From the human T2T-CHM13v2.0 reference genome, Homo sapiens, in NCBI RefSeq assembly GCF_009914755.1, contig NC_060941.1: a DNA stretch of 64,000 bases, one strand, 5' to 3'. This document shows positions 29,524-44,730 of this stretch, piece by piece (position 1 is the stretch's first letter; each line of letters opens with the position of its first letter). The notes below the pieces were generated by a model, which was not told where the DNA came from, did not search any database, and was given only the letters and a program-made list of their open reading frames with translations. The translations under genes and the position numbers were made by a program.

Positions 29524-32500
29524 TACCCTGGCGAGTGAGCTACTTTGCAGTGTTTGTAACACCCGCACCTGCCACCTCCCTCAGAAGCCACTGTGTGGTC
29601 ACCACCTCTCCTCTGAGCATAGCCAGACCTGTACGGCAGGTGTGCAATGCCACCTCAAGGCCAGGGTTAGAGGCTGACTTCCAGAGGAGCAGCTGGGCAC
29701 CTGGGGACCACGGGCTTAGCTGGGTGAGTGACTAGCAGGTTAGACAGCCTCCCCGGCATCCCTCAGCTGCCCGTGCCTGGCTGGGAGCCCGAGAGACTCA
29801 GCCACTCCTTCATCTTCCCAGACGGGTAGGGCAAGGCTGGTCCTTGGAGGGAGGCTGGTCCTTGCGTCCTGGGCTTGGTCTTGGTCTAAGCCACGCCCTT
29901 CCCCTTCCTCTTTCTGCCAACTCTGCTCCTGTCCCTTGCCTACGCCTCCCAGGTTCTTTTAAGCAGGTACACTGTTTACTGGCCAGGTGCGCCATTTACT
30001 GAGCTGCTGTTGCACTAAGGCCCACACAAGTGACCCCATTGAGTCCTCCCATCCCCTTCTAGAGGGGAAAGAACCTGATGCTCCCCTAATCTCTTGCTCC
30101 TCACTCCTGGCCCTCTGCCTGAGTCGCACTGTTCTCCTTCCTCCCCTGCCAACCCCTACCCAGCAGAATATACATATATGACACTTCTCTTACAGGAGCT
30201 TCTGCCCCCAAGTCTTTCTGTGCCAATCTTCATCTGTCATGTCCACCAAAGTCTTCCTGAACTGGCCCCACCTCCTCCTCCAGGAAGCCCTCCAGTCTAA
30301 ATCTGTCTCTCACTGGTTGTTCCTTTGTTCTCACCTCATCCCGTCCCCTGGTGTGAGCCTCTAGCTCATCGTGGATCCTGGGCTGTCCCACAACATGGGG
30401 TCTTACAGCTCTTTGATGTATCCCCCCACAGGGGGCTCAAAAACACCTACTAACCAGATTCCACATGGACCCCTGGTGACCCACATCTAACCTGAGCCCT
30501 TGTTCCCACCGTAGACTATGAGCTCTGCCTAGACCAGAAAGATTCCCTTACAAAACAAAACAAAACAAAAAAATAACAAAACCTCTGTGTGCCCAGAACT
30601 TAGTCCAGAACTGTGCACACAGTAGGTGCACAGTAGATGCTGAACTAAATGGAGGGTCTCTCCCTGCTCCCACTCCCCAATGAACGTCTGTCTGAGTGTG
30701 GAAGTGCTATGGCGACAGAAGACACAAGTGGCAAGCCAGACAGATAGGTCCCTCTCTGCCTCCGCGTGTGGATTTGTGACTCAACGGCTTATCAAGGGCT
30801 ACGCGGCAGCGCGGCTTAGTAACATTAAAAGATTCCAGCACTGCCCTGTGTTCCGCCTCCGGTCCCCATAGCACTGGGGGCGTTGTCCACGTGCACGCAA
30901 GGGCAGCATGTTGCTTCATGAGCGGTTCTGGACAGGGATGGTGGGAGATGTTGCTAGAGGGAATTGTGGCCCTGGGCTTAGAAACAAAGGGGCAAGAAGG
31001 TCTCAGAAGCTGGGGCCTCCAGAGAGCAGGGTCAGGGCACTCTAGCCTCCAAATGGGGACTGGGGAGGCGGCCTAGGTGGCATCCTGGGGTTCCCTCCCT
31101 GGTGCTGTCCTGGTTCTGCTGGTCATGAGGCAGGAGTAGCCAGGCAAGGCAGGGGCGCCAAGAGCACTGGCATTCCTGGTACCTTCGTGAGATCCCGTCC
31201 GTTGGCATCCCACCCCTCCAGCTCCCTGTGAGTCGGTGTGGGGGTGCAGCCTGGGGCGTCTTTTCTCTCCTGATGGCTGGGGCCTCATGGCCTGACTGTG
31301 GAAGCTGCTGCAAGGCTGTGAAATGCAGGGCAGGGGGGCCTAGGAGTGGTGGGGCTCACATGCACCCTGGAGGAAGGACCACTGTCCCTAAAGCTGACAG
31401 GGCAGGAGACCTGAGGTTGGAGCTGACTCAGCCACTTCTTGGATGGGTGACCTTAGGCAAATCACATGACCTCTCTGGACCCTTGTGTCCTCTTTACTGG
31501 ACCGACCACAATGCAGAATGAAAGAGGAAATGCCTGTGCTGCTGCAAGGGGCCTGCTCCCACCAAAGGCCAGTGAGACCTGCTGTTTTCATGGGTGGGAG
31601 TCCCACCCCAGGACTCCCCTCAGAACTAAGCCCAACTATCACTCAAGACCCGCCTCCTCCATGAGGCCTTCCCTGGTGAGCCAGGCATCACACTCTGTCC
31701 TCCAGCCAAAGCAGGGCTCTCAAACCAGCTGTGGGGAAGGACCACATGGATTTTTCCAATCCATGGCCAACTGGCGTGTGGTCCTGCTGTGTAGCCTGCA
31801 CCACGTGATTCACCTGGCAAGTCTGACAGCATCTGAATTGGTCTAGACCCTGTTTGACGAGATGAGTCTTGACTGCATGCTCGGATGTCACCGCAGGGAT
31901 GGATTCACATGAAATGCTTACTCTCCAGTTTTGTACTTCTCAAGTTGTAGACCAGGAACCAATTGTTGGTAGGTTGGCAAACTTGACCAGTCGGACCAGT
32001 CCTCACCACCCTTTGAATAGCACGGGCCTAAAGCCCTCCTTTGGGGCCAGAATTCACTGCCTGGCCCAGATCTCTGGTTCACCCTTCACACAGCCTGCCC
32101 CTCCTGCCATGCTTCTTGCACTTGTGTGTCTCCATTGCATGGATGTGAGTGATGTAGTGGCTCTTTCTGGCAGCCAAGGCTGGGCGACGGAAGAAGGAAG
32201 AACCCTTGTCCAGGAGGAGGAAACTCTTTGGTTTACTCAGACCCCTTACCCAGTGGCGGGTTCTGAGCAGGCCCCTTCCCCCTCCTTGTCACACTCATCA
32301 ATCTGCACTTGGTGACAAGGTGAGCTGAGGACCCATGATCAGTGGTCGCAGCCCCTAGTGGGGCAAGGGCAGCCTTGCTCTGTGTGGGTTCCCCAAAGCT
32401 CACAGGACTTAGCCCCATGCTGTTCTACCCCTTGTCCCCGCACTCATCCAAGGTAAAGGAATCCCACTTCTCCAGGGCCCAGGGCCCAGGACCCGGCTCT

Positions 32501-33021
32501 GCCTCCTGCCTCTGAGGTGCCGGCCCTGGAGAGGCTCTGGTGGAGCCTCAGCTGGGTGAGCTCAGCTCGCTGACTCTGGGAAGAGGCTGCTGTTCAAGCT
32601 CTTTCTGGGCTGCCTCATTCCTCAACTTTGGCTGCATCAGCAGGCAGACCTTCCTGCATCTCCTGTGCACCCCCTGCAGGAGGAGATCTGGAGGAGCTGA
32701 CCCAGCAGGGCCAGGACAGAGTGAGTCAGGGGAAGGAGTTCCCATCTGCCCAGCTGGCCAGGAAAGGTCGTTTCCACCAGTCCGCTGCCTTCAGACTGAG
32801 GCCAGGAGGTGGGAGACTGACTGATCCAAGGTCGCACAGGGCATTCACCAAGAAGAGTGCAATCCAGGTCCTCTTCCTGCCTTGAAGGTGCCTCTCTCTT
32901 GTAATCCCACACTCTTCCCAAGGTCCACTCTACAGCCACCTTCCTCCCCTGCCCCGCCCCCATAATGGGCAGGCAGGCAAGTGTCTTCAAAGCTGGGATG
33001 GAGCATTGAAACCCTCCAACC

Positions 33022-33240
33022 CAGGGCTTCCCAACCTCAGCACTATTGACATTTGGGGCCAGATAATCCTTCACTGTGGGGGCTGGCCTGTGCATTTTAG
33101 GATGTTTATCAGCATTCCTGGCCTTTACCCATTAAATGCCAGTCGCACCTCCCCCTTCCTGATTATAGCAACCAAGAATATCTTCAGACATCACCAAACG
33201 TCCCCCGGGAGGCAAAATGGCCTCCAGGTGAGAATCTCTG
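33022..33240. mobile_element. MER20 (hAT-Charlie), near full length, next to a MER5-like fragment
   Basis: cagggcttcccaacctcagcactattgacatttggggccagataatc...tgagaatctctg. Confidence 0.85.
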
Positions 33241-34670
33241 AGCTGGCTGAGTTATCCTCACTTCTGTTGATGCTTCAGAATCACTGGAACGCATTTAAAA
33301 AACATAAGGGTCCCTGGGCTCCCCACAGGCCTATTGAACCCCAATTTTGGGGGTGAGTTGTGAGAAATGGGATTTTCTGTCTCCCAGGTCAGGTGTCAAG
33401 CACTGTCTGGAAATTCTGATTTTGTCTAAGTCACTGCCTTTACAAGCAAAGAATCAGAGGACGGGGCCGTTGCTTGTTTTATGTCTGGTTAGTCCTTATT
33501 TCTGCCCTAAATATTCCCTGTTCGGTGGGGTTTGGCGGTCCAGCAGCCCTCTTTAAACTGACCTTTGGCCTTAGAAGGCAGTCGTTTTTCCAGGAAAAAC
33601 AGCCCCAAAGCCTTTAGCATTTTTAAATAAAGTAGAACCTAATTTTCAGCCACCAGTTTCACTCTTCCTTTCTGGCCCTCTTTAAATCCCTTTTAAAACG
33701 CAGCTCCATAAAGGACATCTTTTCTCTGCCGACACCGAAATCCCCCTCACTTTACACTTGTCAGAGAGCGGCTGAGCCGAGAGCACAGCTGATAGTGTCA
33801 CCTGCGTAGCTGGTGTCTCTGCGGCTGTCCCCACACCTCGGCTGTGCCTCCCACCCACTCAGGGACAGTTTCCCAGTGTCTGGGAGCCACTCACAGCTAA
33901 CAGCTCCCAGGGGCAGGCACTGGATCAGAACCCTGGGCTGGGCTCCCCTCTTCTGTGAGAGCCAAACAGAGCCCTTCCTGAGTCCCATCCATTGGCAGGG
34001 TCCTACTGTTGTCCGCCCCCTCGTTCCCACTGCCAGCTCTGGGGGAGCTGGGCTGCAGCCAGGAGCCAGAGTTTGAAAGGCAAAGGAAACCTGTACCTAT
34101 GTGTCTTTTGGAGGATCCAGGCTTGTGATGAGGAAGAGGAGGGAAGGGAAGGCAGGCAGGGCAGGCAGGGAAACAGGCTGTGCTGCCCAGGGGCAGGAGC
34201 ATGGCTCCAATCCCAGTCCCTCCAGTTACTGCAGTCAAAACCCTGGGTAAGTTACTGTCTCCGGGTGCACCAGTCTCTCGTTTGAACAGTGGGGAGATAG
34301 TAAAGGCTCTGACTTGCAGGGGTCGAGAAGGATTAAATGAAGAAATTCACAGGGCCTGGCACTGTGCAAGCCTTCAGTAAAGGCTGAAGAAAGAAAGAAG
34401 GAAGAAAGAAAGGAAGGAAAGAAGGGAGGGAGGAAAATGGAAGCCAGGGAAGACTGAGAAAGGTAGGGTGGTTAAGACAGGGAGAGAGCAAGATGGGGAG
34501 GAGAGAGGCAGGAGGCCGAGAAGGCACGGGCTACAAGAACATATCCATGAGTCAATTTGAGAGCAAATCATACAAAGACGGGGAGCAAGTGAATGCATGA
34601 GAGGCAGAAATGAAGGGAAGACAAGGAGGATGGGAGCTACGCTCCGGGCACCCCCTGCCCCCATGCTTAG

Positions 34671-35211
<541 letters not shown>

Positions 35212-35877
35212 CCATGCAGTTTTATATGCACCATATTGTTGAATCTCTCCAGGAGCTTTGGGATGTGAATATTTTATCCCTATCAGCCCCATTTACAGAT
35301 GGGGAAAATGAGGCTTGGAGAAGTTCGGTGATTCTCCCAAGGTCACACAGGTAGGAGGGGGCAGATAAAAGATTCCAACAAGCATCTCTCCAGCCCCAAG
35401 TTTAGAGATTTGAATTTCTACTCTCCTGTACATCCTGGAGCCAGGGCATATTCAGACCTGGAAAGGAATGTAGAGAACACAGTGACCTCCCCATTTTACA
35501 GATGAGGTAACTGAGGTGGGGAGGTGACTTCTCTACCATCACGGAGCAAGTTCAGCAGAGTCAGCCCTGTGCTTCCCACCCAGAGTGCTTTTTCCTCTAG
35601 CACATCCTTCTGGAGTCCAAGGTGCGGGGCTATGGCGGGAGCAAGGAGAGGAGAGGGAGCTCCTGCTGAGCAGGAGGAATAGAGAGGAAAATGAGAAAAA
35701 GGAAACAGCCCCCTACAATCTCCTGCTGGGAATCATCATGAGACCCCATGGTCAGAGGGGGCAGAAAGTGAAAACCCATCTGTTCACTTATTCATTCAGT
35801 CATTTATTCATTCAACAAACATGTTGGGGCCTGCTCTGTATCGGGCCCCACTGAGGATACAAAAATAGCCAAACACG

Positions 35878-36348
<471 letters not shown>

Positions 36349-39300
36349 TTAGGGGAGTAGAGGCGTGAAGTAGCAGGGAGGGCGGGCGGGGGCACCCTGA
36401 GCCGGGGCCCCAGGGAGAAAGGCCGGGGGCGGGGAACACCCAGGCTTCCCCCCTCCCTTAACTGTAGGCAGGAGATTTTCCTTTCCATTTTTTCTTCTCT
36501 GTACAACAGCAATTTAAGTTAATTAAATGTAACAATAAATTATTTCTCGCCTGCCTGGAATAATCTTTCAGTGCTCACCCACTTTGAGGGGAAGCACTGG
36601 CTCTTTGCCTTGAGATGGGAACTGGTTGTGGCTGTCACAGAAAGAGGCTGTGGGAGGAGGGCCAGGCCCGAGGCGGGATGGGGAGAAGCCTGGGCAGTCA
36701 AGAGGGCTGAGAAAGGACCCCTGGCATCTCTGTCCTCTGTGCCTAGTCTAGTTTTACTCTGGCTGGTCTCCACCTGTGGGTGGATGAGAAAAAGGTGCCC
36801 CATGAGGGTGCCCCTCTGCTGGTACACATCTTGCAAGTCTATCCCCCACTGACCCCTCCACTTGGCACTTCTGTAGCAAGAAATTCTGCAGAAACCACAC
36901 AATTGCGTGTGGGGCCTGCCCTGCTCTTGTATTCAATTAGTCCGTAACTACAGATATATCCCCCGTAGGTACAGAGACGTTTCTGAAGAGTTGATTGCAC
37001 TGACGCTTTATTTCTGCAAACCAGATCCCAGTATTTAAATGCAACGGCGGACCCAGCTTTTTACAGAAATCTTCATTTATGACCTCATTTCTTTTTCGCG
37101 TTTAGATTTTCTTCTCTTGCCTTTGCTTAAAATAGGCTCCACCTGAACACAGTGCAAAGCAAAGCAGAGTCAGAAGGGTCGGATATTGGGATTGTGGAGC
37201 CTGCAGGACCCCAGGACCCAGGACCTTGGCCAGCAGATGGAAAGTGTGGGCTGGGGCCCTTGCCTCTGGGGTCACCAGGTACATCTTCGATCTTGGCCAC
37301 ACTGGAGAGTCAAGGGCTTCTCTGGGCCCCGAGTCAGGGTCCGCCAGAGTCTCCCAGGCCAGGGAAGGCAACAAGGCCTGGTTTCACTCTGACCTGCTGA
37401 ACCGCCTCCGTGGAACAGGTGACTGTCGGCTGTCTCGCTGGGATGATGAGGGTGACAAGCTGGGATAATTCACTGCTCAGGAACCTGCCATGGTGCTCCA
37501 GGCCGACTGGATCCATCTCAACCCAGTGTCTGAGGCCCTCCGCAGGCAGCCTGCCACACCCCTACAAGCTCAGGACCCTCCCCTTGCCGGGAAGGCCCTC
37601 TCCCTCCCTCTGACAGCCACGTCCACTCTGCCCCGACCTCCAGCTCACCTCCTCCAGGAAGCCTGCCCTCATGGCCATGGTGCTGACCCCATCTGAAACT
37701 CCATGGTCCCCCTGCCCTCAGTCTGTGCCTCATCTTGCCATCGTCATGTATGTGTGTGTCTGTCTGTCCTTCCCCATCTCTTCTGAGTTCCTTTCCTTTT
37801 TTCCAAATCATGTACTTAGTCCTGGACTCTTTGAATGAAGGATCCCAGACCACCAAGGGGGTTGGAGACACCACTCAATCCAGTGGATTTCAAACCTAAA
37901 AAGCAACTTACCTTTTAAATGGAAAAACTCCTTCCCAAAGCAAGGCTTCCTGAGAAGGCAGAAGGACCTGGCGGAAGATGAGGAGAGGCCAGGTCCAGCC
38001 TGCGGGGCCTCCCCCAGGGCCCGGAAGGGACATCAGGAAAGCTGCTCCAGGCCAGCCCTCTGCAGTGGAGGTGCATTCTGGGGCCCAGAACAGCCAAGCT
38101 GGGCTGATGACCCTGCCGATGCTTGTAGGGACTTTATATTGCAGATGCAGGTCTCCTGGTTCCCCACAAATGGTCCATCTCCCAGTGAAGTGGGTAAGAA
38201 AGACCACATTGCCCCCACTTCACAGATGAGGATGTTGAGTCTCAGAGGAGTCAGGTGACTCACCGAAAGCCACACAGCCAGTGACAGGACTGCCTTGGGG
38301 CTCAGCAGAAGGGCGAGGGACCGTGTTGAAGGATGGCTGTCCAGCTGTGGCTCTGCCGAAGGCCAGTGCGGTCCCTGACCCCTGGGGGCTCTGGGGACTC
38401 TCCCAAGCTGAGCATCAGTGCTAGCTGTGAAAGGAGAGAGAAAACAGGCTCCCTTTTCCCTGTTCCCCAGGAACTTGTAGGAACCAGGCCTGAGATGCCT
38501 CAGCTGCCTCCAGGCCACCCCTCCCTCCCTCCAGTGGCCTTCAGGACCCTCCCCAAAAGGTTAATTACCGAATCATCACATCAAAGGAAATTGCACTTTT
38601 GTGCCTTAAAGACCAAACTGAGCTTCAACAACACGGTTATTTATGGTCTCTGATAAGCATTTTCTGGGTGTGATTAACCTTTGTACCAAAATCACACTGG
38701 GAATTGGGATGGCAGCTTCATTCCAGCCCCATTCTGTGCTGGCCCTGGGGGTGGGGGTGTGGGTAGCAGCTGCTGCAGGCTGGAGCAGGCCATGTCAGAA
38801 CCTGGCCCTCCACCCCCTCCACAGGCTCCTGCACCACCTTCCTCCCCACTGCCCATCCCTTCTTCCAAGGCGCTGTCTTGACCTGCGCCTGGCCAGCCAG
38901 AAGGCGCGACTGTCTTCATGGTTCATCTCCTTGAAAGACAGCAGGAGCACCTGCTTACTGAATCCCAGCTCCTAAAAACAGTTATGTGACATTGGGTACA
39001 TCAACTACCCCAGACTTAAAATGGGAGCATGATACCCGCCCAGTCTGCTTTCCCTTCCATCCCAGGGACCCACTAGATCTTTGGAAAATCCTTTTACGCG
39101 ATGCTATAATTGAGCCGCACGCACCCTTGGCCTCAGACTTTAACCTTGAAGGTTTGGCTCTTTGGTGAGTGGAGAGATTTGTAGCTCAGCTGCAAGTTTT
39201 ATTTGGAGCCTTGGGGCTGCCAGGCTGTGCACGGAAGTGAGGCATTAGCCAGTGAGTGAACCTCGTGCTCTGCCAGCTTCAGCTTCAGTGCCGTTTTGAT

Positions 39301-39516
39301 TTTCTCTACTAGTTGGAAGATAGTAAATCACATGAAGTCTTGAAAACTTGGTTCTGAAAGGAGCGCCAGTGGCTGGGACTGGTGATGGAGTGGAGGAGCA
39401 AGAGGCATCTGAGAAAGGCCAAAAGCACTTTGGTTTGATTTCAGAGAAGATGACATGTTCAGTTCACCCCATTTACCATATGCTTCGACTGTAGTTCCCA
39501 CTGTTTCAGGGTGCTA

Positions 39517-40051
<535 letters not shown>

Positions 40052-40084
40052 CTATTGATGGAGATAGAAAACCACAGTGGAGCT

Positions 40085-40130
40085 TGAAGAGGAGATCAGC
40101 GGATGGTGAAGAGGAGATCAGCGGATGGTG
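40085..40130 (+). repeat. Perfect 22-bp tandem duplication
   Basis: tgaagaggagatcagcggatgg x2. Confidence 0.95.
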
Positions 40131-40969
40131 GGAGGAAAAATGCAGGAAATCTCTGGACTTTTCATGGAAGTATGATTCAGGAATAAGGCAGAAGCCCTCA
40201 CAAACCTTCCACAGAGCAAGAGGTGGCACAGGCACAGATTCTGCTACAGAGCAGACCTTTCCAGAGAGGAAAGGTTGGTTTGGGAATTTTAAGAAGCATT
40301 TTTCTTTGCATAACGCAACACCAGTCCTCTGTGTTTAGAAAATGCCTGTGTGAACCATCACATTCAAGAGAGGGACACAAGTGTCAGGGTTCTAGGCAGC
40401 CAAGGGAAGACTAGCCCTTTGCCTGGAATTTGGCTTCATTTTCTGACGAATCAAGATTTGCTCTGCTCCTCTGTGCACGCCAGGACATTAAGATGCGAGA
40501 ATAAGAACTTATAGCCTGTATATTTGCCATCTAATTAGTGTCTTGGGTCCTAAGTGCTTTGTGCCGAGGTGGTTTTCGTGCACTTAGGCTGGTCTAAGTG
40601 CTCTACTTGTGAGCCTCACGGGCACAGGGTCCAGTGAGTGTACAGAGTGCACTGGGAAAAGGGGTACATTGGAGGGAGAACTGAGCTGCTTTGCTTTGGA
40701 GAGTTGGGCAGGTACTACTAAGCAGACGGGCCCTGGAACTGGCCTCTGAAGAATGCAGAGTTGACCAGGTGACCAGGGGTGGGGGGTGGCACAGACTGCA
40801 TGGGCAGAGGGTTGCAGACATGAGAAGGATCCCAGATACTGGGAGATAATAAGTAATTGGATGGAAATAGAACGTGATGTGCCTTCAAGGTGGGGGATAT
40901 GAAAGACCGGAGCACGAAGCACAGCTTAAGGATTAGATGGATAAGTGGAATGTCAGGCAATGGGGCTGA

Positions 40970-41319
<350 letters not shown>

Positions 41320-41377
41320 AGTGTCTCCAGTTTCTTTAATTTGCCTGTGGCTGAGCTGGCTCTGGGAGCCCTAGTTT

Positions 41378-41443
41378 GAGAGAGAGAGTGCGTGTGTGTG
41401 TGTGTGTGCGCGCGCGCGTGCGCGTGTGTGCATGTGTGTGTGT
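41378..41443 (+). repeat. (GA)n-(TG)n-(CG)5-(TG)n compound microsatellite
   Basis: Read directly. Confidence 0.95.
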
Positions 41444-42387
41444 TGGGAGGTGGCGTGGGCAGATGTGGGGTGGGAAACGAGGAGTGATGATTTCTAGTCC
41501 CCTTCTAGAAGGGGCCTCTGGCCCTAGCATCTGAACTGCCCCTCTCCGGGGACAGAGCCGAGCCTGGGTCCTTGCTGATTGCTGAGCGGGCAGTGCAGCT
41601 TTGTCATGAGGACACTTTGCTTTCTGCTTAGCTGGCAAGAGCCACCGGCTGGCCTGGTGGCCTCCTCCTCTCTCTACTTCTGCATTTTCACTTGGAAAAT
41701 GAGGGTAAAGATATTTCTCCATCTCTCTGGAGACTGTGAAGTTTAATTACTGATTAATAAAGTGTTGGAAGTTCCTTGAGGCCAGAGAGATGAATGGGTT
41801 TGTTATCATCACTCCTGAGTCCCAGGCGCGAGTTGGCTAACCCCAGTGCCATCTTGCTGAGTGTCCCGTGTGCAGAGCACAGGATGGGGGTGTGAGGCTG
41901 GGGTTATGCTTCAGAACCTGGAGCTTGGTCCAGGGCAGAGAGACCCCTATGAGAGTATCAGCAAGGGAATGGAGTGAACAAAACCACTACAAACTCAGGC
42001 ACTACCGACTCGGGGGACCATGTGGGTGAGTCATGGGTAGTGGGGACCAGGCTCTGACGAGGAGTGGGCACTCTTCCCCTGGACCTTGGAATGTGGGTGG
42101 GAGAGAGGGGAGCAGAGTCTGCCTTCATCATCGGGACAGGACTGGGAGGGAGTGGGTACCGTGAAAGGGGGTGGCCCTGGTGGGGTGGGGTGAGATAAGG
42201 GAGAACATTCCCGGCAGGTGAACATGGAAAAGGCAGGTCAGTTTGCTTCTAAGGACAGGGAGAAGGTCCTGAGATCCGAAAAGGGTGAGTGGAGAGGAGT
42301 CCAGGGAAGAGAGGATGGACACCCCTGAAGGATATGGGGCAGGCAGGGAAGGAGGGATGGCGTCTGGCTTGGGAAGATGGCGCATGA

Positions 42388-42983
<596 letters not shown>

Positions 42984-44642
42984 TGTGAGAAGGCTGCGTG
43001 CTGCCTGGGCTGGCCACCGACCTGCTTCTAGCCTACACCCTAGAAGTCTTTGCTCACCAAGGGACTTGACAAGCCCCTACCTCTCTCCCGATCTTATTTT
43101 CCTGCTGTGAAATCCCAAGCTGGCTTCCAGAGCTAAGGGTCTGTGTCTGAGGCTCTGTAGTGAAATTTGCAGTTGGTACAGAAATGGGCTGGGGCTGAGA
43201 CACCTGGCCATGGGGTTGGGGGCCTCAGAAGGAGCAGACCCCAAGAAGAAACAGCAGAGAAGTGATGAAGAGAGCAGCCTCCCATGAGGCCTCTTGGGCT
43301 TCAGGCTCACCACCCTGTCTGGGAACTCTGCTGGTGGCCGGGCACCCAGCTCCCTACAGCCAGAGGGGAGGACCGGTTACAATGCTCCCCTCTCCCTGCC
43401 CCTCACTCATGCTTCTTAACCCCTTTTGAATCAAATCCCAGGGGAAACAGCCACCTCTCCTCCAACAACTAAATAAAAACCACTAAGTTCAGATCAGTTA
43501 ACATATCCTTCTTGAGTGCCTATTGTATACCAGAAACACAATGTCATTCATTCATTTCTTCAGCAAAATTGAGTGCAATGAACAAAATCCCTGCCCCTAC
43601 AGAGCATGCAGGGCTATTTAAAGGACTTCAATATACATACATCATGTAAGCTTAAAGGGGGTGGGACAGTTAGACCCATTTTTACAGGTGAGGACACTGA
43701 GGCACACAGAGGTCAAGTCCCCTGCCCATGGCAACACAGCGTAACGGGGGGCTGGACACTCGGCCTCTCTCTTGACTCTAACCCTGTCGGGAGGGGGGTA
43801 ATGCGATGGTTGTGTGGGTGGGTTTAGTTGAAGAAGGGGCAGCCCTCCAGGTATAGGGCCTATGCCACTCCCTTCCCAACTGGGCTAAAATTCTGGAATC
43901 AGAGTGACACGGAGCCTTCAGGGAGGTTAAAGGGCAAAGGTCTGCCCTAGAATAGGGTGTCCATCTTTCCAGACACATTTATCCCTTACCTCTCTGTGCC
44001 TCAGTTTCCTCATCTGCAAATAGGCACAGCCACACCAACCCCAGGGAAAATTTAGTGTCACGGCAGATGTACAAGAGCTTGATAAATGGTGAGGCACAAT
44101 TTGTGATGACGGATAATTAGGCAGGCGGGGATGAGGGCCCAGGAAACTGTTCACAAAACAAGAGGCCAGCTCTGGAGGAAGGGAGGGAAGTGGGTGCACG
44201 CATGGGGATGTCAGCGGCCATGGTGGTCAGCGGGCCGGTGGGAGGGTGTGTGTGTGTGTGCACATGCACACGTGTATATGGTGGGACACCGTTGGACCAT
44301 GTTCAGGATTCCATGGGGATGGAGGTGGCTTCCTCTGGCCGCACTCAGCCCCTAGGGGTAAAATTCGCCTCTTCCCTAGGAGCCTGGGCTCCTGATCCTG
44401 TCAGCTTCCCTGCCAGGCCCCTCCAAGAGCAGGGCAACTCCAGACCCTCCAGGCAGAGAGGACCCAGAAGGAGGAGAGAGGAGATGAGGGGCGGGTGTCT
44501 GGGAAGCGACTGGATGTGTGACAGGGTGGGAGGGGAGGCAGGCAGGTGCAGTGTCACCCCTGCAGTTTTCCTGGGTGATGGAGCAACATGCTCATGGCTC
44601 ATGGCACCTGCCTAATGTGTCCTTCGCCTCCTGTGCCTGCAG

Positions 44643-44730
44643 GCCCTTCTCCTTCTGGGGCTGAACCCTGTCTCTGCCTCCCTCCAGGACCAGCACTGCG
44701 AGAGCCTGTCCCTGGCCAGCAACATCTCAG
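44643..44730 (+). CDS. CRHR1: CRHR1 exon 2 ([30 protein letters not shown]), signal peptide core, 88 nt
   Basis: Branch-like cctaat at 44611, acceptor ctgtgcctgcag|G, donor CAG|gtgagt; in frame with exon 1. Confidence 0.97.

Noticed and set aside
32348-32361. CTCF site (ccactaggggctgc on -)
   Set aside because: Mismatches at core positions; cannot be called by eye.
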